Assembly (NCBI GenBank): GCA_964016885.1
Contig: OZ024740.1
Coordinates: 46,624,001-46,688,000, forward strand
DNA: 64,000 nucleotides
DNA from: Eledone cirrhosa
Lineage: Eukaryota
Direction: 5' to 3'
Shown here: piece by piece, positions 51,201 to 64,000 of the stretch
Layout of the letters: every line of letters begins with the position of its first letter
Position numbering within the stretch: position 1 is the stretch's first letter
Position numbers and translations under genes: made by a program
Notes under the pieces: generated by a model
Seen by the model: only the letters and a program-made list of their open reading frames with translations
What the model was told of the DNA's origin: nothing
Databases searched by the model: none

Positions 51201-54200
51201 AGCCTAACAGAATTACAATGTAACCGCTACTATAGCCACAACCCAGTCTAACAGAATTACAATGTAACCTCTACTATAGCCACAACCTAGCCTAACAGAA
51301 TTACTATGTAACCTCTACTATAGCCACAACCCAGTCTAACAGAATTACAATGTAACCTCTACTATAGCCACAACCTAGCCTAACAGAATTACAATGTAAC
51401 CTCTACTATAGCCACAACCCAGCCTAACAGAATTACAATGTAACCTCTACTATAGCCACAACCCAGTCTAACAGAATTACAATGTAACCTCTACTATAGC
51501 CACAACCCAGTCTAGCAGAATTACAATGTAACCTCTACTATAGCCACAACCCAACCTAACAGAATTACAATGTAACCTCTACTATAGCCACAACCTAGCC
51601 TAACAGAATTACAATGTAACCTCTACTATAGCCACAACCTAGCCTAACAGAATTACAATGTAACCTCTACTATAGCCACAACCTCGTCTAACAGAATTAC
51701 AATGTAACCTCTACTATAGCCACAACCCAGTCTAACAGAATTACAATGTAACCTCTACTATAGCCACAACCTAGTCTAACAGAATTACAATGTAACCTCT
51801 ACTATAGCCACAACCCAGTCTAACAGAATTACAATGTAACCTCTACTATAGCCACAACCTAGCCTAACAGAATTACAATGTAACCTCTACTATAGCCACA
51901 ACCTAGCCTAACAGAATTACAATGTAACCTCTACTATAGCCACAACCCAGCCTAACAGAATTACAATGTAACCTCTACTATAGCCACAACCTAGTCTAAC
52001 AGAATTACAATGTAACCTCTACTATAGCCACAACCTAGTCTAACAGAATTACAATGTAACCTCTACTATAGCCACAACCTAGTCTAACAGAATTACAATG
52101 TAACCTCTACTATAGCCACAACCTAGTCTAACAGAATTACAATGTAACCTCTACTATAGCCACAACCCAGTCTAACAGAAATACAATGTAACCTCTACTA
52201 TAGCCACAACCCAGCCTAACAGAATTACAATGTAACCTCTACTATAGCCACAACCTAGTCTAACAAAATTACAATGTAACCTCTACTATAGCCACAACCT
52301 AGCCTAACAGAATTACAATGTAACCTCTACTATAGCCACAACCTAGCCTAACAGAATTACAATGTAACCTCTACTATAGTCACAACCCAGTCTAACAGAA
52401 TTACAATGTAGCCTCTACTATAGCCACAACCCATGTGTAACAGAATTACAATGTAACCTCTACTATAGCCACAACCCAGCCTAACAGAATTACAATGTAA
52501 CCTCTACTATAGCCACAACCTAGCCTAACAGAATTACAATGTAACCTCTAGTATAGACACAACCTAGCCTAACAGAATTACAATGTAACCTCTACTATAG
52601 CCACAACCCAGTCTAACAGAATTACAATGTAACCTCTACTATAGCCACAACCTAGTCTAACAAAATTACAATGTAACCTCTACTATAGCCACAACCTAGC
52701 CTAACAGAATTACAATGTAACCTCTACTATAGCCACAACCTAGCCTAACAGAATTACAATGTAACCTCTACTATAGTCACAACCCAGTCTAACAGAATTA
52801 CAATGTAGCCTCTACTATAGCCACAACCCATGTGTAACAGAATTACAATGTAACCTCTACTATAGCCACAACCTAGCCTGACAGAATTACAATGTAACCT
52901 CTAGTATAGCCACAACCTAGCCTAACAGAATTACAATGTAGCCTCTACTATAGCCACAACCCATGTGTAACAGAATTACAATGTAACCTCTACTATAGCC
53001 ACAACCTAGCCTAACAGAATTACAATGTAACCTCTAGTATAGCCACAACCTAGCCTAACAGAATTACAATGTAACCTCTACTATAGCCACAACCTAGCCT
53101 AACAGAATTACAATGTAACCTCTACTATAGCCACAACCCAGTCTAACAGAATTACAATGTAACCTCTACTATAGCCACAACCCAGTCTAACAGAATTACA
53201 ATGTAACCTCTACTATAGCCACAACCTAGCCTAACAGAATTACAATGTAACCTCTACTATAGCCACAACCCAGCCTAACAGAATTACAATGTAACCTCTA
53301 CTATAGTCACAACCCAGTCTAACAGAATTACAATGTAACCTCTACTATAGCCACAACCTAGCCTAACAGAATTACAATGTAACCTCTAGTATAGCCACAA
53401 CCCAGTCTAGCAGAATTACAATGTAACCTCTACTATAGCCACAACCCAGTCTAACAGAATTACAATGTAACCTCTACTATAGCCACAACCTAGCCTAACA
53501 GAATTACAATGTAACGTCTACTATAGTCACAACCCAGTCTAACAGAATTACAATGTAACCTCTACTATAGCCACAACCTAGCCTAACAGAATTACAATGT
53601 AACCTCTACTATAGCCACAACCCAGTCTAACAGAATTACAATGTAACCTCTACTATAGCCACAACCTAGCCTAACAGAATTACAATGTAACCTCTACTAT
53701 AGCCACAACCTAGCCTAACAGAATTACAATGTAACCTCTACTATAGCCACAACCTAGCCTAACAGAATTACAATGTAGCCTCTACTATAGCCACAACCCA
53801 TGTGTAACAGAATTACAATGTAACCTCTACTATAGCCACAACCTAGTCTAACAAAATTACAATGTAACCTCTACTATAGCCACAACCTAGCCTAACAGAA
53901 TTACAATGTAACCTCTACTATAGCCACAACCTAGCCTAACAGAATTACAATGTAACCTCTACTATAGTCACAACCCAGTCTAACAGAATTACAATGTAGC
54001 CTCTACTATAGCCACAACCCATGTGTAACAGAATTACAATGTAACCTCTACTATAGTCACAACCTAGCCTAACAGAATTACAATGTAACCTCTAGTATAG
54101 CCACAACCTAGCCTAACAGAATTACAATGTAACCTCTACTATAGACACAACCAAGCCTAACAGAATTACAATGTAACCTCTACTATAGCCACAACCCAGT

Positions 54201-57200
54201 CTAACAGAATTACAATGTAACCTCTACTATAGCCACAACCCAGTCTAACAGAATTACAATGTAACCTCTACTATAGCCACAACCTAGCCTAACAGAATTA
54301 CAATGTAACCTCTACTATAGCCACAACCCAGCCTAACAGAATTACAATGTAACCTCTACTATAGCCACAACCCAGTCTAACAGAATTACAATGTAACCTC
54401 TACTATAGCCACAACCTAGCCTAACAGAATTACAATGTAACCTCTACTATAGCCACAACCTAGTCTAACAGAATTACAATGTAACCTCTACTATAGCCAC
54501 AACCTAGCCTAACAGAATTACAATGTAACCTCTACTATAGCCACAACCCAGCCTAACAGAATTACAATGTAACCTCTACTATAGCCACAACCCAGTCTAA
54601 CAGAATTACAATGTAACCTCTACTATAGCCACAACCTAGCCTAACAGAATTACAATGTAACCTCTACTATAGCCACAACCTAGCCTAACAGAATTACAAT
54701 GTAAACTCTACTATAGCCACAACCCAGTCTAACAGAATTACAATGTAACCTCTACTATAGCCACAACCTAGCCTAACAGAATTACAATGTAACCTCTACT
54801 ATAGCCACAACCCAGTCTAACAGAATTACAATGTAACCTCTACTATAGCCACAACCCAGTCTAACAGAATTACAATGTAACCTCTACTATAGCCACAACC
54901 TAGCCTAACAGAATTACAATGTAACCTCTACTATAGCCACAACCCAGTCTAACAGAATTACAATGTAACCTCTACTATAGCCACAACCCAGTCTAACAGA
55001 ATTACAATGTAACCTCTACTATAGCCACAACCCAGTCTAACAGAATTACAATGTAACCTCTACTATAGCCACAACCCAGTCTAACAGAATTACAATGTAA
55101 CCTCTACTATAGCCACAACCTAGCCTAACAGAATTACAATGTAACCTCTACTATAGCCACAACCCAGTCTATCAGAATTGCAATGTAACCTCCACTATAG
55201 CCACAACCTAGCCTAACAGAATTACAATGTAACCGCTACTATAGCCACAACCCAGTCTAACAGAATTACAATGTAACCTCTACTATAGCCACAACCCAGT
55301 CTAGCAGAATTACAATGTAACCTCTACTATAGCCACAACCCAACCTAACAGAATTACAATGTAACCTCTACTATAGCCACAACCTAGCCTAACAGAATTA
55401 CAATGTAACCTCTACTATAGCCACAACCTAGCCTAACAGAATTACAATGTAACCTCTACTATAGCCACAACCTCGTCTAACAGAATTACAATGTAACCTC
55501 TACTATAGACACAACCCAGTCTAACAGAATTACAATGTAACCTCTACTATAGCCACAACCTAGTCTAACAGAATTACAATGTAACCTCTACTATAGCCAC
55601 AACCCAGTCTAACAGAATTACAATGTAACCTCTACTATAGCCACAACCTAGTCTAACAGAATTACAATGTAACCTCTACTATAGCCACAACCCAGTCTAA
55701 CAGAATTACAATGTAACCTCTACTATAGCCACAACCTAGCCTAACAGAATTACAATGTAACCTCTACTATAGCCACAACCTAGCCTAACAGAATTACAAT
55801 GTAACCTCTACTATAGCCACAACCCAGCCTAACAGAATTACAATGTAACCTCTACTATAGCCACAACCTAGTCTAACAGAATTACAATGTAACCTCTACT
55901 ATAGCCACAACCTAGTCTAACAGAATTACAATGTAACCTCTACTATAGCCACAACCTAGTCTAACAGAATTACAATGTAACCTCTACTATAGCCACAACC
56001 TAGTCTAACAGAATTACAATGTAACCTCTACTATAGCCACAACCCAGTCTAACAGAAATACAATGTAACCTAGACTATAGCCACAACCCAGCCTAACAGA
56101 ATTACAATGTAACCTCTACTATAGCCACAACCTAGTCTAACAAAATTACAATGTAACCTCTACTATAGCCACAACCTAGCCTAACAGAATGACAATGTAA
56201 CCTCTACTATAGCCACAACCTAGCCTAACAGAATTACAATGTAACCTCTACTATAGTCACAACCCAGTCTAACAGAATTACAATGTAGCCTCTACTATAG
56301 CCACAACCCATGTGTAACAGAATTACAATGTAACCTCTACTATAGCCACAACCTAGCCTAACAGAATTACAATGTAACCTCTAGTATAGCCACAACCTAG
56401 CCTAACAGAATTACAATGTAACCTCTACTATAGCCACAACCCAGTCTAACAGAATTACAATGTAACCTCTACTATAGCCACAACCTAGTCTAACAAAATT
56501 ACAATGTAACCTCTACTATAGCCACAACCTAGCCTAACAAAATTACAATGTAACCTCTACTATAGCCACAACCTAGCCTAACAGAATTACAATGTAACCT
56601 CTACTATAGTCACGACCCAGTCTAACAGAATTACAATGTAGCCTCTACTATAGCCACAACCCATGTGTAACAGAATTACAATGTAACCTCTACTATAGCC
56701 ACAACCTAGCCTAACAGAATTACAATGTAACCTCTAGTATAGCCACAACCTAGCCTAACAGAATTACAATGTAACCTCTACTATAGCCACAACCCAGCCT
56801 AACAGAATTACAATGTAACCTCCACTATAGCCACAACCTAGTCTAACAAAATTACAATGTAACCTCTACTATAGCCACAACCTAGCCTAACAGAATTACA
56901 ATGTAACCTCTACTATAGCCACAACCTAGCCTAACAGAATTACAATGTAACCTCTACTATAGTCACAACCCAGTCTAACAGAATTACAATGTAGCCTCTA
57001 CTATAGCCACAACCCATGTGTAACAGAATTACAATGTAACCTCTACTATAGCCACAACCTAGCCTAACAGAATTACAATGTAACCTCTACTATAGCCACA
57101 ACCCAGTCTAACAGAATTACAATGTAACCTCTACTATAGCCACAACCCAGTCTAACAGAATTACAATGTAACCTCTAGTATAGCCACAACCTAGCCTAAC

Positions 57201-60200
57201 AGAATTACAATGTAACCTCTACTATAGCCACAACCTAGCCTAACAGAATTACAATGTAACCTCTACTATAGCCACAACCTAGCCTAACAGAATTACAATG
57301 TAACCTCTACTATAGCCACAACCCAGTCTAACAGAATTCCAATGTAACCTCTACTATAGCCACAACCCAGTCTAACAGAATTACAATGTAACCTCTAGTA
57401 TAGCCACAACCTAGCCTAACAGAATTACAATGTAACCTCTACTATAGCCACAACCTAGCCTAACAGAATTACAACGTAACCTCTACTATAGCCACAACCT
57501 AGCCTAACAGAATTACAATGTAACCTCTACTATAGCCACAACCCAGTCTAACAGAATTACAATGTAATCTCTACTATAGCCACAACCCAGCCTAACAGAA
57601 TTACAATGTAACCTCTACTATAGCCACAACCTGGCCTAACAGAATTACAATGTAACCTCTACTATAGCCACAACCCAGTCTAACAGAATTACAATGTAAC
57701 CTCTACTATAGCCACAACCTAGCCTAACAGAATTACAATGTAACCGCTACTATAGCCACAACCCAGTCTAACAGAATTACAATGTAACCTCTACTATAGC
57801 CACAACCTAGCCTAACAGAATTACAATGTAACCTCTACTATAGCCACAACCTAGCCTAACAGAATTACAATGTAACCTCTACTATAGCCACAACCTAGCC
57901 TAACAGAATTACAATGTAACCTCTACTATAGCCACAACCTAGCCTAACAGAATTACAATGTAACCTCTACTATAGTCACAACCCAGTCTAACAGAATTAC
58001 AATGTAGCCTCTACTATAGCCACAACCCATGTGTAACAGAATTACAATGTAACCTCTACTATAGCCACAACCTAGCCTAACAGAATTACAATGTAACCTC
58101 TAGTATAGCCACAACCTAGCCTAACAGAATTACAATGTAACCTCTACTATAGCCACAACCTAGCCTAACAGAATTACAATGTAACCTCTACTATAGCCAC
58201 AACCTAGCCTAACAGAATTACAATGTAACCTCTACTATAGCCACAACCCAGTCTAACAGAATTACAATGTAACCTCTACTATAGCCACAACCCAGTCTAA
58301 CAGAATTACAATGTAACCTCTAGTATAGCCACAACCTAGCCTAACAGAATTACAATGTAACCTCTACTATAGCCACAACCTAGCCTAACAGAATTACAAT
58401 GTAACCTCTACTATAGCCACAACCTAGCCTAACAGAATTACAATGTAACCTCTACTATAGCCACAACCTAGCCTAACAGAATTACAATGTAACCTCTACT
58501 ATAGCCACAACCCAGTCTAACAGAATTACAATGTAACCGCTACTATAGCCACAACCCAGTCTAACAGAATTACAATGTAACCTCTACTATAGCCACAACC
58601 TAGCCTAACAGAATTACTATGTAACCTCTACTATAGCCACAACCCAGTCAAACAGAATTACAATGTAACCTCTACTATAGCCACAACCTAGCCTAACAGA
58701 ATTACAATGTAACCTCTACTATAGCCACAACCCAGCCTAACAGAATTACAATGTAACCTCTACTATAGCCACAACCCAGTCTAACAGAATTACAATGTAA
58801 CCTCTACTATAGCCACAACCCAGTCTAGCAGAATTACAATGTAACCTCTACTATAGCCACAACCCAACCTAACAGAATTACAATGTAACCTCTACTATAG
58901 CCACAACCTAGCCTAACAGAATTACAATGTAACCTCTACTATAGCCACAACCTAGCCTAACAGAATTACAATGTAACCTCTACTATAGCCACAACCTCGT
59001 CTAACAGAATTACAATGTAACCTCTACTATAGCCACAACCCAGTCTAACAGAATTACAATGTAACCTCTACTATAGCCACAACCTAGTCTAACAGAATTA
59101 CAATGTAACCTCTACTATAGCCACAACCCAGTCTAACAGAATTACAATGTAACCTCTACTATAGCCACAACCTAGCCTAACAGAATTACAATGTAACCTC
59201 TACTATAGCCACAACCTAGCCTAACAGAATTACAATGTAACCTCTACTATAGCCACAACCCAGCCTAACTGAATTACAATGTAACCTCTACTATAGCCAC
59301 AACCTAGTCTAACAGAATTACAATGTAACCTCTACTATAGCCACAACCTAGTCTAACAGAATTACAATGTAACCTCTACTATAGCCACAACCTAGTCTAA
59401 CAGAATTACAATGTAACCTCTACTATAGCCACAACCTAGTCTAACAAAATTACAATGTAACCTCTACTATAGCCACAACCTAGCCTAACAGAATGACAAT
59501 GTAACCTCTACTATAGCCACAACCTAGCCTAACAGAATTACAATGTAACCTCTACTATAGTCACAACCCAGTCTAACAGAATTACAATGTAGCCTCTACT
59601 ATAGCCACAACCCATGTGTAACAGAATTACAATGTAACCTCTACTATAGCCACAACCTAGCCTAACAGAATTACAATGTAACCTCTAGTATAGCCACAAC
59701 CTAGCCTAACAGAATTACAATGTAACCTCTACTATAGCCACAACCCAGTCTAACAGAATTACAATGTAACCTCTACTATAGCCACAACCTAGTCTAACAA
59801 AATTACAATGTAACCTCTACTATAGCCACAACCTAGCCTAACAGAATTACAATGTAACCTCTACTATAGCCACAACCTAGCCTAACAGAATTACAATGTA
59901 ACCTCTACTATAGTCACAACCCAGTCTAACAGAATTACAATGTAGCCTCTACTATAGCCACAACCCATGTGTAACAGAATTACAATGTAACCTCTACTAT
60001 AGCCACAACCTAGCCTAACAGAATTACAATGTAACCTCTAGTATAGCCACAACCTAGCCTAACAGAATTACAATGTAACCTCTACTATAGCCACAACCCA
60101 GTCTAACAGAATTACAATGTAACCTCTACTATAGCCACAACCTAGTCTAACAAAATTACAATGTAACCTCTACTATAGCCACAACCTAGCCTAACAGAAT

Positions 60201-63200
60201 TACAATGTAACCTCTACTATAGCCACAACCTAGCCTAACAGAATTACAATGTAACCTCTACTATAGTCACAACCCAGTCTAACAGAATTACAATGTAGCC
60301 TCTACTATAGCCACAACCCATGTGTAACAGAATTACAATGTAACCTCTACTATAGCCACAACCTAGCCTAACAGAATTACAATGTAACCTCTAGTATAGC
60401 CACAACCTAGCCTAACAGAATTACAATGTAACCTCTACTATAGCCACAACCTAGCCTAACAGAATTACAATGTAACCTCTACTATAGCCACAACCTAGCC
60501 TAACAGAATTACAATGTAACCTCTACTATAGCCACAACCCAGTCTAACAGAATTACAATGTAACCTCTACTATAGCCACAACCCAGTCTAACAGAATTAC
60601 AATGTAACCTCTAGTATAGCCACAACCTAGCCTAACAGAATTACAATGTAACCTCTACTATAGCCACAACCTAGCCTAACAGAATTACAACGTAACCTCT
60701 ACTATAGCCACAACCTAGCCTAACAGAATTACAATGTAACCTCTACTATAGCCACAACCCAGTCTAACAGAATTACAATGTAATCTCTACCATAGCCACA
60801 ACCCAGCCTAACAGAATTACAATGTAACCTCTACTATAGCCACAACCTGGCCTAACAGAATTACAATGTAACCTCTACTATAGCCACAACCCAGTCTAAC
60901 AGAATTACAATGTAACCTCTACTATAGCCACAACCTAGCCTAACAGAATTACAATGTAACCGCTACTATAGCCACAACCCAGTCTAACAGAATTACAATG
61001 TAACCTCTACTATAGCCACAACCTAGCCTAACAGAATTACAATGTAACCTCTACTATAGCCACAACCTAGCCTAACAGAATTACAATGTAACCTCTACTA
61101 TAGCCACAACCTAGCCTAACAGAATTACAATGTAACCTCTACTATAGCCACAACCCAGCCTAACAGAATTACAATGTAACCTCTACTATAGCCACAACCT
61201 AGCCTAACAGAATTACAATGTAACCTCTACTATAGCCACAACCTAGTCTAACAGAATTACAATGTAACCTCTACTATAGCCACAACCTAGTCTAACAGAA
61301 TTACAATGTAACCTCTACTATAGCCACAACCTAGTCTAACAGAATTACAATGTAACCTCTACTATAGCCACAACCTAGTCTAACAAAATTACAATGTAAC
61401 CTCTACTATAGCCACAACCTAGCCTAACAGAATTACAATGTAACCTCTAGTATAGCCACAACCTAGCCTAACAGAATTACAATGTAACCTCTACTATAGC
61501 CACAACCCAGTCTAACAGAATTACAATGTAACCTCTACTATAGCCACAACCTAGTCTAACAAAATTACAATGTAACCTCTACTATAGCCACAACCTAGCC
61601 TAACAGAATTACAATGTAACCTCTACTATAGCCACAACCTAGCCTAACAGAATTACAATGTAACCTCTACTATAGTCACAACCCAGTCTAACAGAATTAC
61701 AATGTAGCCTCTACTATAGCCGCAACCCATGTGTAACAGAATTACAATGTAACCTCTACTATAGCCACAACCTAGCCTAACAGAATTACAATGTAACCTC
61801 TAGTATAGCCACAACCTAGCCTAACAGAATTACAATGTAACCTCTACTATAGCCACAACCCAGTCTAACAGAATTACAATGTAACCTCTACTATAGCCAC
61901 AACCTAGTCTAACAAAATTACAATGTAACCTCTACTATAGCCACAACCTAGCCTAACAGAATTACAATGTAACCTCTACTATAGCCACAACCTAGCCTAA
62001 CAGAATTACAATGTAACCTCTACTATAGTCACAACCCAGTCTAACAGAATTACAATGTAGCCTCTACTATAGCCACAACCCATGTGTAACAGAATTACAA
62101 TGTAACCTCTACTATAGCCACAACCTAGCCTAACAGAATTACAATGTAACCTCTAGTATAGCCACAACCTAGCCTAACAGAATTACAATGTAACCTCTAC
62201 TATAGCTACAACCTAGCCTAACAGAATTACAATGTAACCTCTACTATAGCCACAACCTAGCCTAACAGAATTACAATGTAACCTCTACTATAGCCACAAC
62301 CCAGTCTAACAGAATTACAATGTAACCTCTACTATAGCCACAACCCAGTCTAACAGAATTACAATGTAACCTCTAGTATAGCCACAACCTAGCCTAACAG
62401 AATTACAATGTAACCTCTACTATAGCCACAACCTAGCCTAACAGAATTACAACGTAACCTCTACTATAGCCACAACCTAGCCTAACAGAATTACAATGTA
62501 ACCTCTACTATAGCCACAACCCAGTCTAACAGAATTACAATGTAATCTCTACCATAGCCACAACCCAGCCTAACAGAATTACAATGTAACCTCTACTATA
62601 GCCACAACCTGGCCTAACAGAATTACAATGTAACCTCTACTATAGCCACAACCCAGTCTAACAGAATTACAATGTAACCTCTACTATAGCCACAACCTAG
62701 CCTAACAGAATTACAATGTAACCGCTACTATAGCCACAACCCAGTCTAACAGAATTACAATGTAACCTCTACTATAGCCACAACCTAGCCTAACAGAATT
62801 ACAATGTAACCTCTACTATAGCCACAACCTAGCCTAACAGAATTACAATGTAACCTCTACTATAGCCACAACCTAGCCTAACAGAATTACAATGTAACCT
62901 CTACTATAGCCACAACCTAGCCTAACAGAATTACAATGTAACCTTTACTATAGCCACAACCTAGCCTAACAGAATTACAATGTAACCTCTACTATAGCCA
63001 CAACCCAGCCTAACAGAATTACAATGTAACCTCTACTATAGCCACAACCTAGTCTAACAGAATTACAATGTAACCTCTACTATAGCCACAACCTAGCCTA
63101 ACAGAATTACAATGTAACCTCTACTATAGCCACAACCTAGCCTAACAGAATTACAATGTAACCTCTACTATAGCCACAACCCAGTCTAACAGAATTACAA

Positions 63201-64000
63201 TGTAACCGCTACTATAGCCACAACCCAGTCTAACAGAATTACAATGTGACCTCTACTATAGCCACAACCTAGCCTAACAGAATTACAATGTAACCTCTAC
63301 TATAGCCACAACCTAGCCTAACAGAATTACAATGTAACCTCTACTATAGCCACAACCCAGTCTAACAGAATTACAATGTAACCGCTACTATAGCCACAAC
63401 CCAGTCTAACAGAATTACAATGTAACCTCTACTATAGCCACAACCTAGCCTAACAGAATTACTATGTAACCTCTACTATAGCCACAACCCAGTCTAACAG
63501 AATTACAATGTAACCTCTACTATAGCCACAACCTAGCCTAACAGAATTACAATGTAACCTCTACTATAGCCACAACCCAGCCTAACAGAATTACAATGTA
63601 ACCTCTACTATAGCCACAACCCAGTCTAACAGAATTACAATGTAACCTCTACTATAGCCACAACCCAGTCTAGCAGAATTACAATGTAACCTCTACTATA
63701 GCCACAACCCAACCTAACAGAATTACAATGTAACCTCTACTATAGCCACAACCTAGCCTAACAGAATTACAATGTAACCTCTACTATAGCAACAACCTAG
63801 CCTAACAGAATTACAATGTAACCTCTACTATAGCCACAACCTCGTCTAACAGAATTACAATGTAACCTCTACTATAGCCACAACCCAGTCTAACAGAATT
63901 ACAATGTAACCTCTACTATAGCCACAACCTAGTCTAACAGAATTACAATGTAACCTCTACTATAGCCACAACCCAGTCTAACAGAATTACAATGTAACCT
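27222..64000 (+). repeat. 44-bp tandem satellite array, right arm (about 835 monomers; runs off the window end)
   Basis: Same monomer and orientation as the left arm. Resumes at (A)CTCTACTATAGCC, the register at which the left arm stopped. Confidence 0.99.

Noticed and set aside
1-64000. CRISPR array interpretation of the 44-bp repeat next to a reverse transcriptase
   Set aside because: Units are contiguous with no unique spacers and there are no cas genes. The RT is a eukaryotic APE-type LINE enzyme, not a group II intron, retron, DGR or Cas1-fused RT.

Overview
Eukaryotic (probably metazoan) heterochromatin-type window. About 93% is one head-to-tail array of a 44-bp satellite, consensus CTATAGCCACAACC[C/T]AG[C/T]CTAACAGAATTACAATGTAACCTCTA, with roughly 510 monomers left and 835 right of an insertion. 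The array is interrupted once, at about 22529-27220, by an apparently full-length 4.7-kb CR1-like non-LTR retrotransposon on the minus strand. The element has a 5' UTR, ORF1 (PHD-like Zn finger, polyQ/H repeats, coiled coil, RRM-like region), ORF2 (APE endonuclease plus reverse transcriptase), a duplicated 3' UTR with a terminal stem-loop, a (TTA)n tail and essentially no target-site duplication. Most notable: ORF2 has no AUG ahead of the endonuclease motifs and lies in the -1 frame, overlapping the ORF1 end. ORF1 ends in a canonical, correctly phased slippery heptamer G_GGA_AAC directly before its stop, which suggests a retrovirus-style -1 ribosomal frameshift making an ORF1-ORF2 fusion of about 1398 aa. 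The satellite shows nested multi-kb duplications and different variant sets on the two sides of the LINE. All analysis was by eye and no searches were run.
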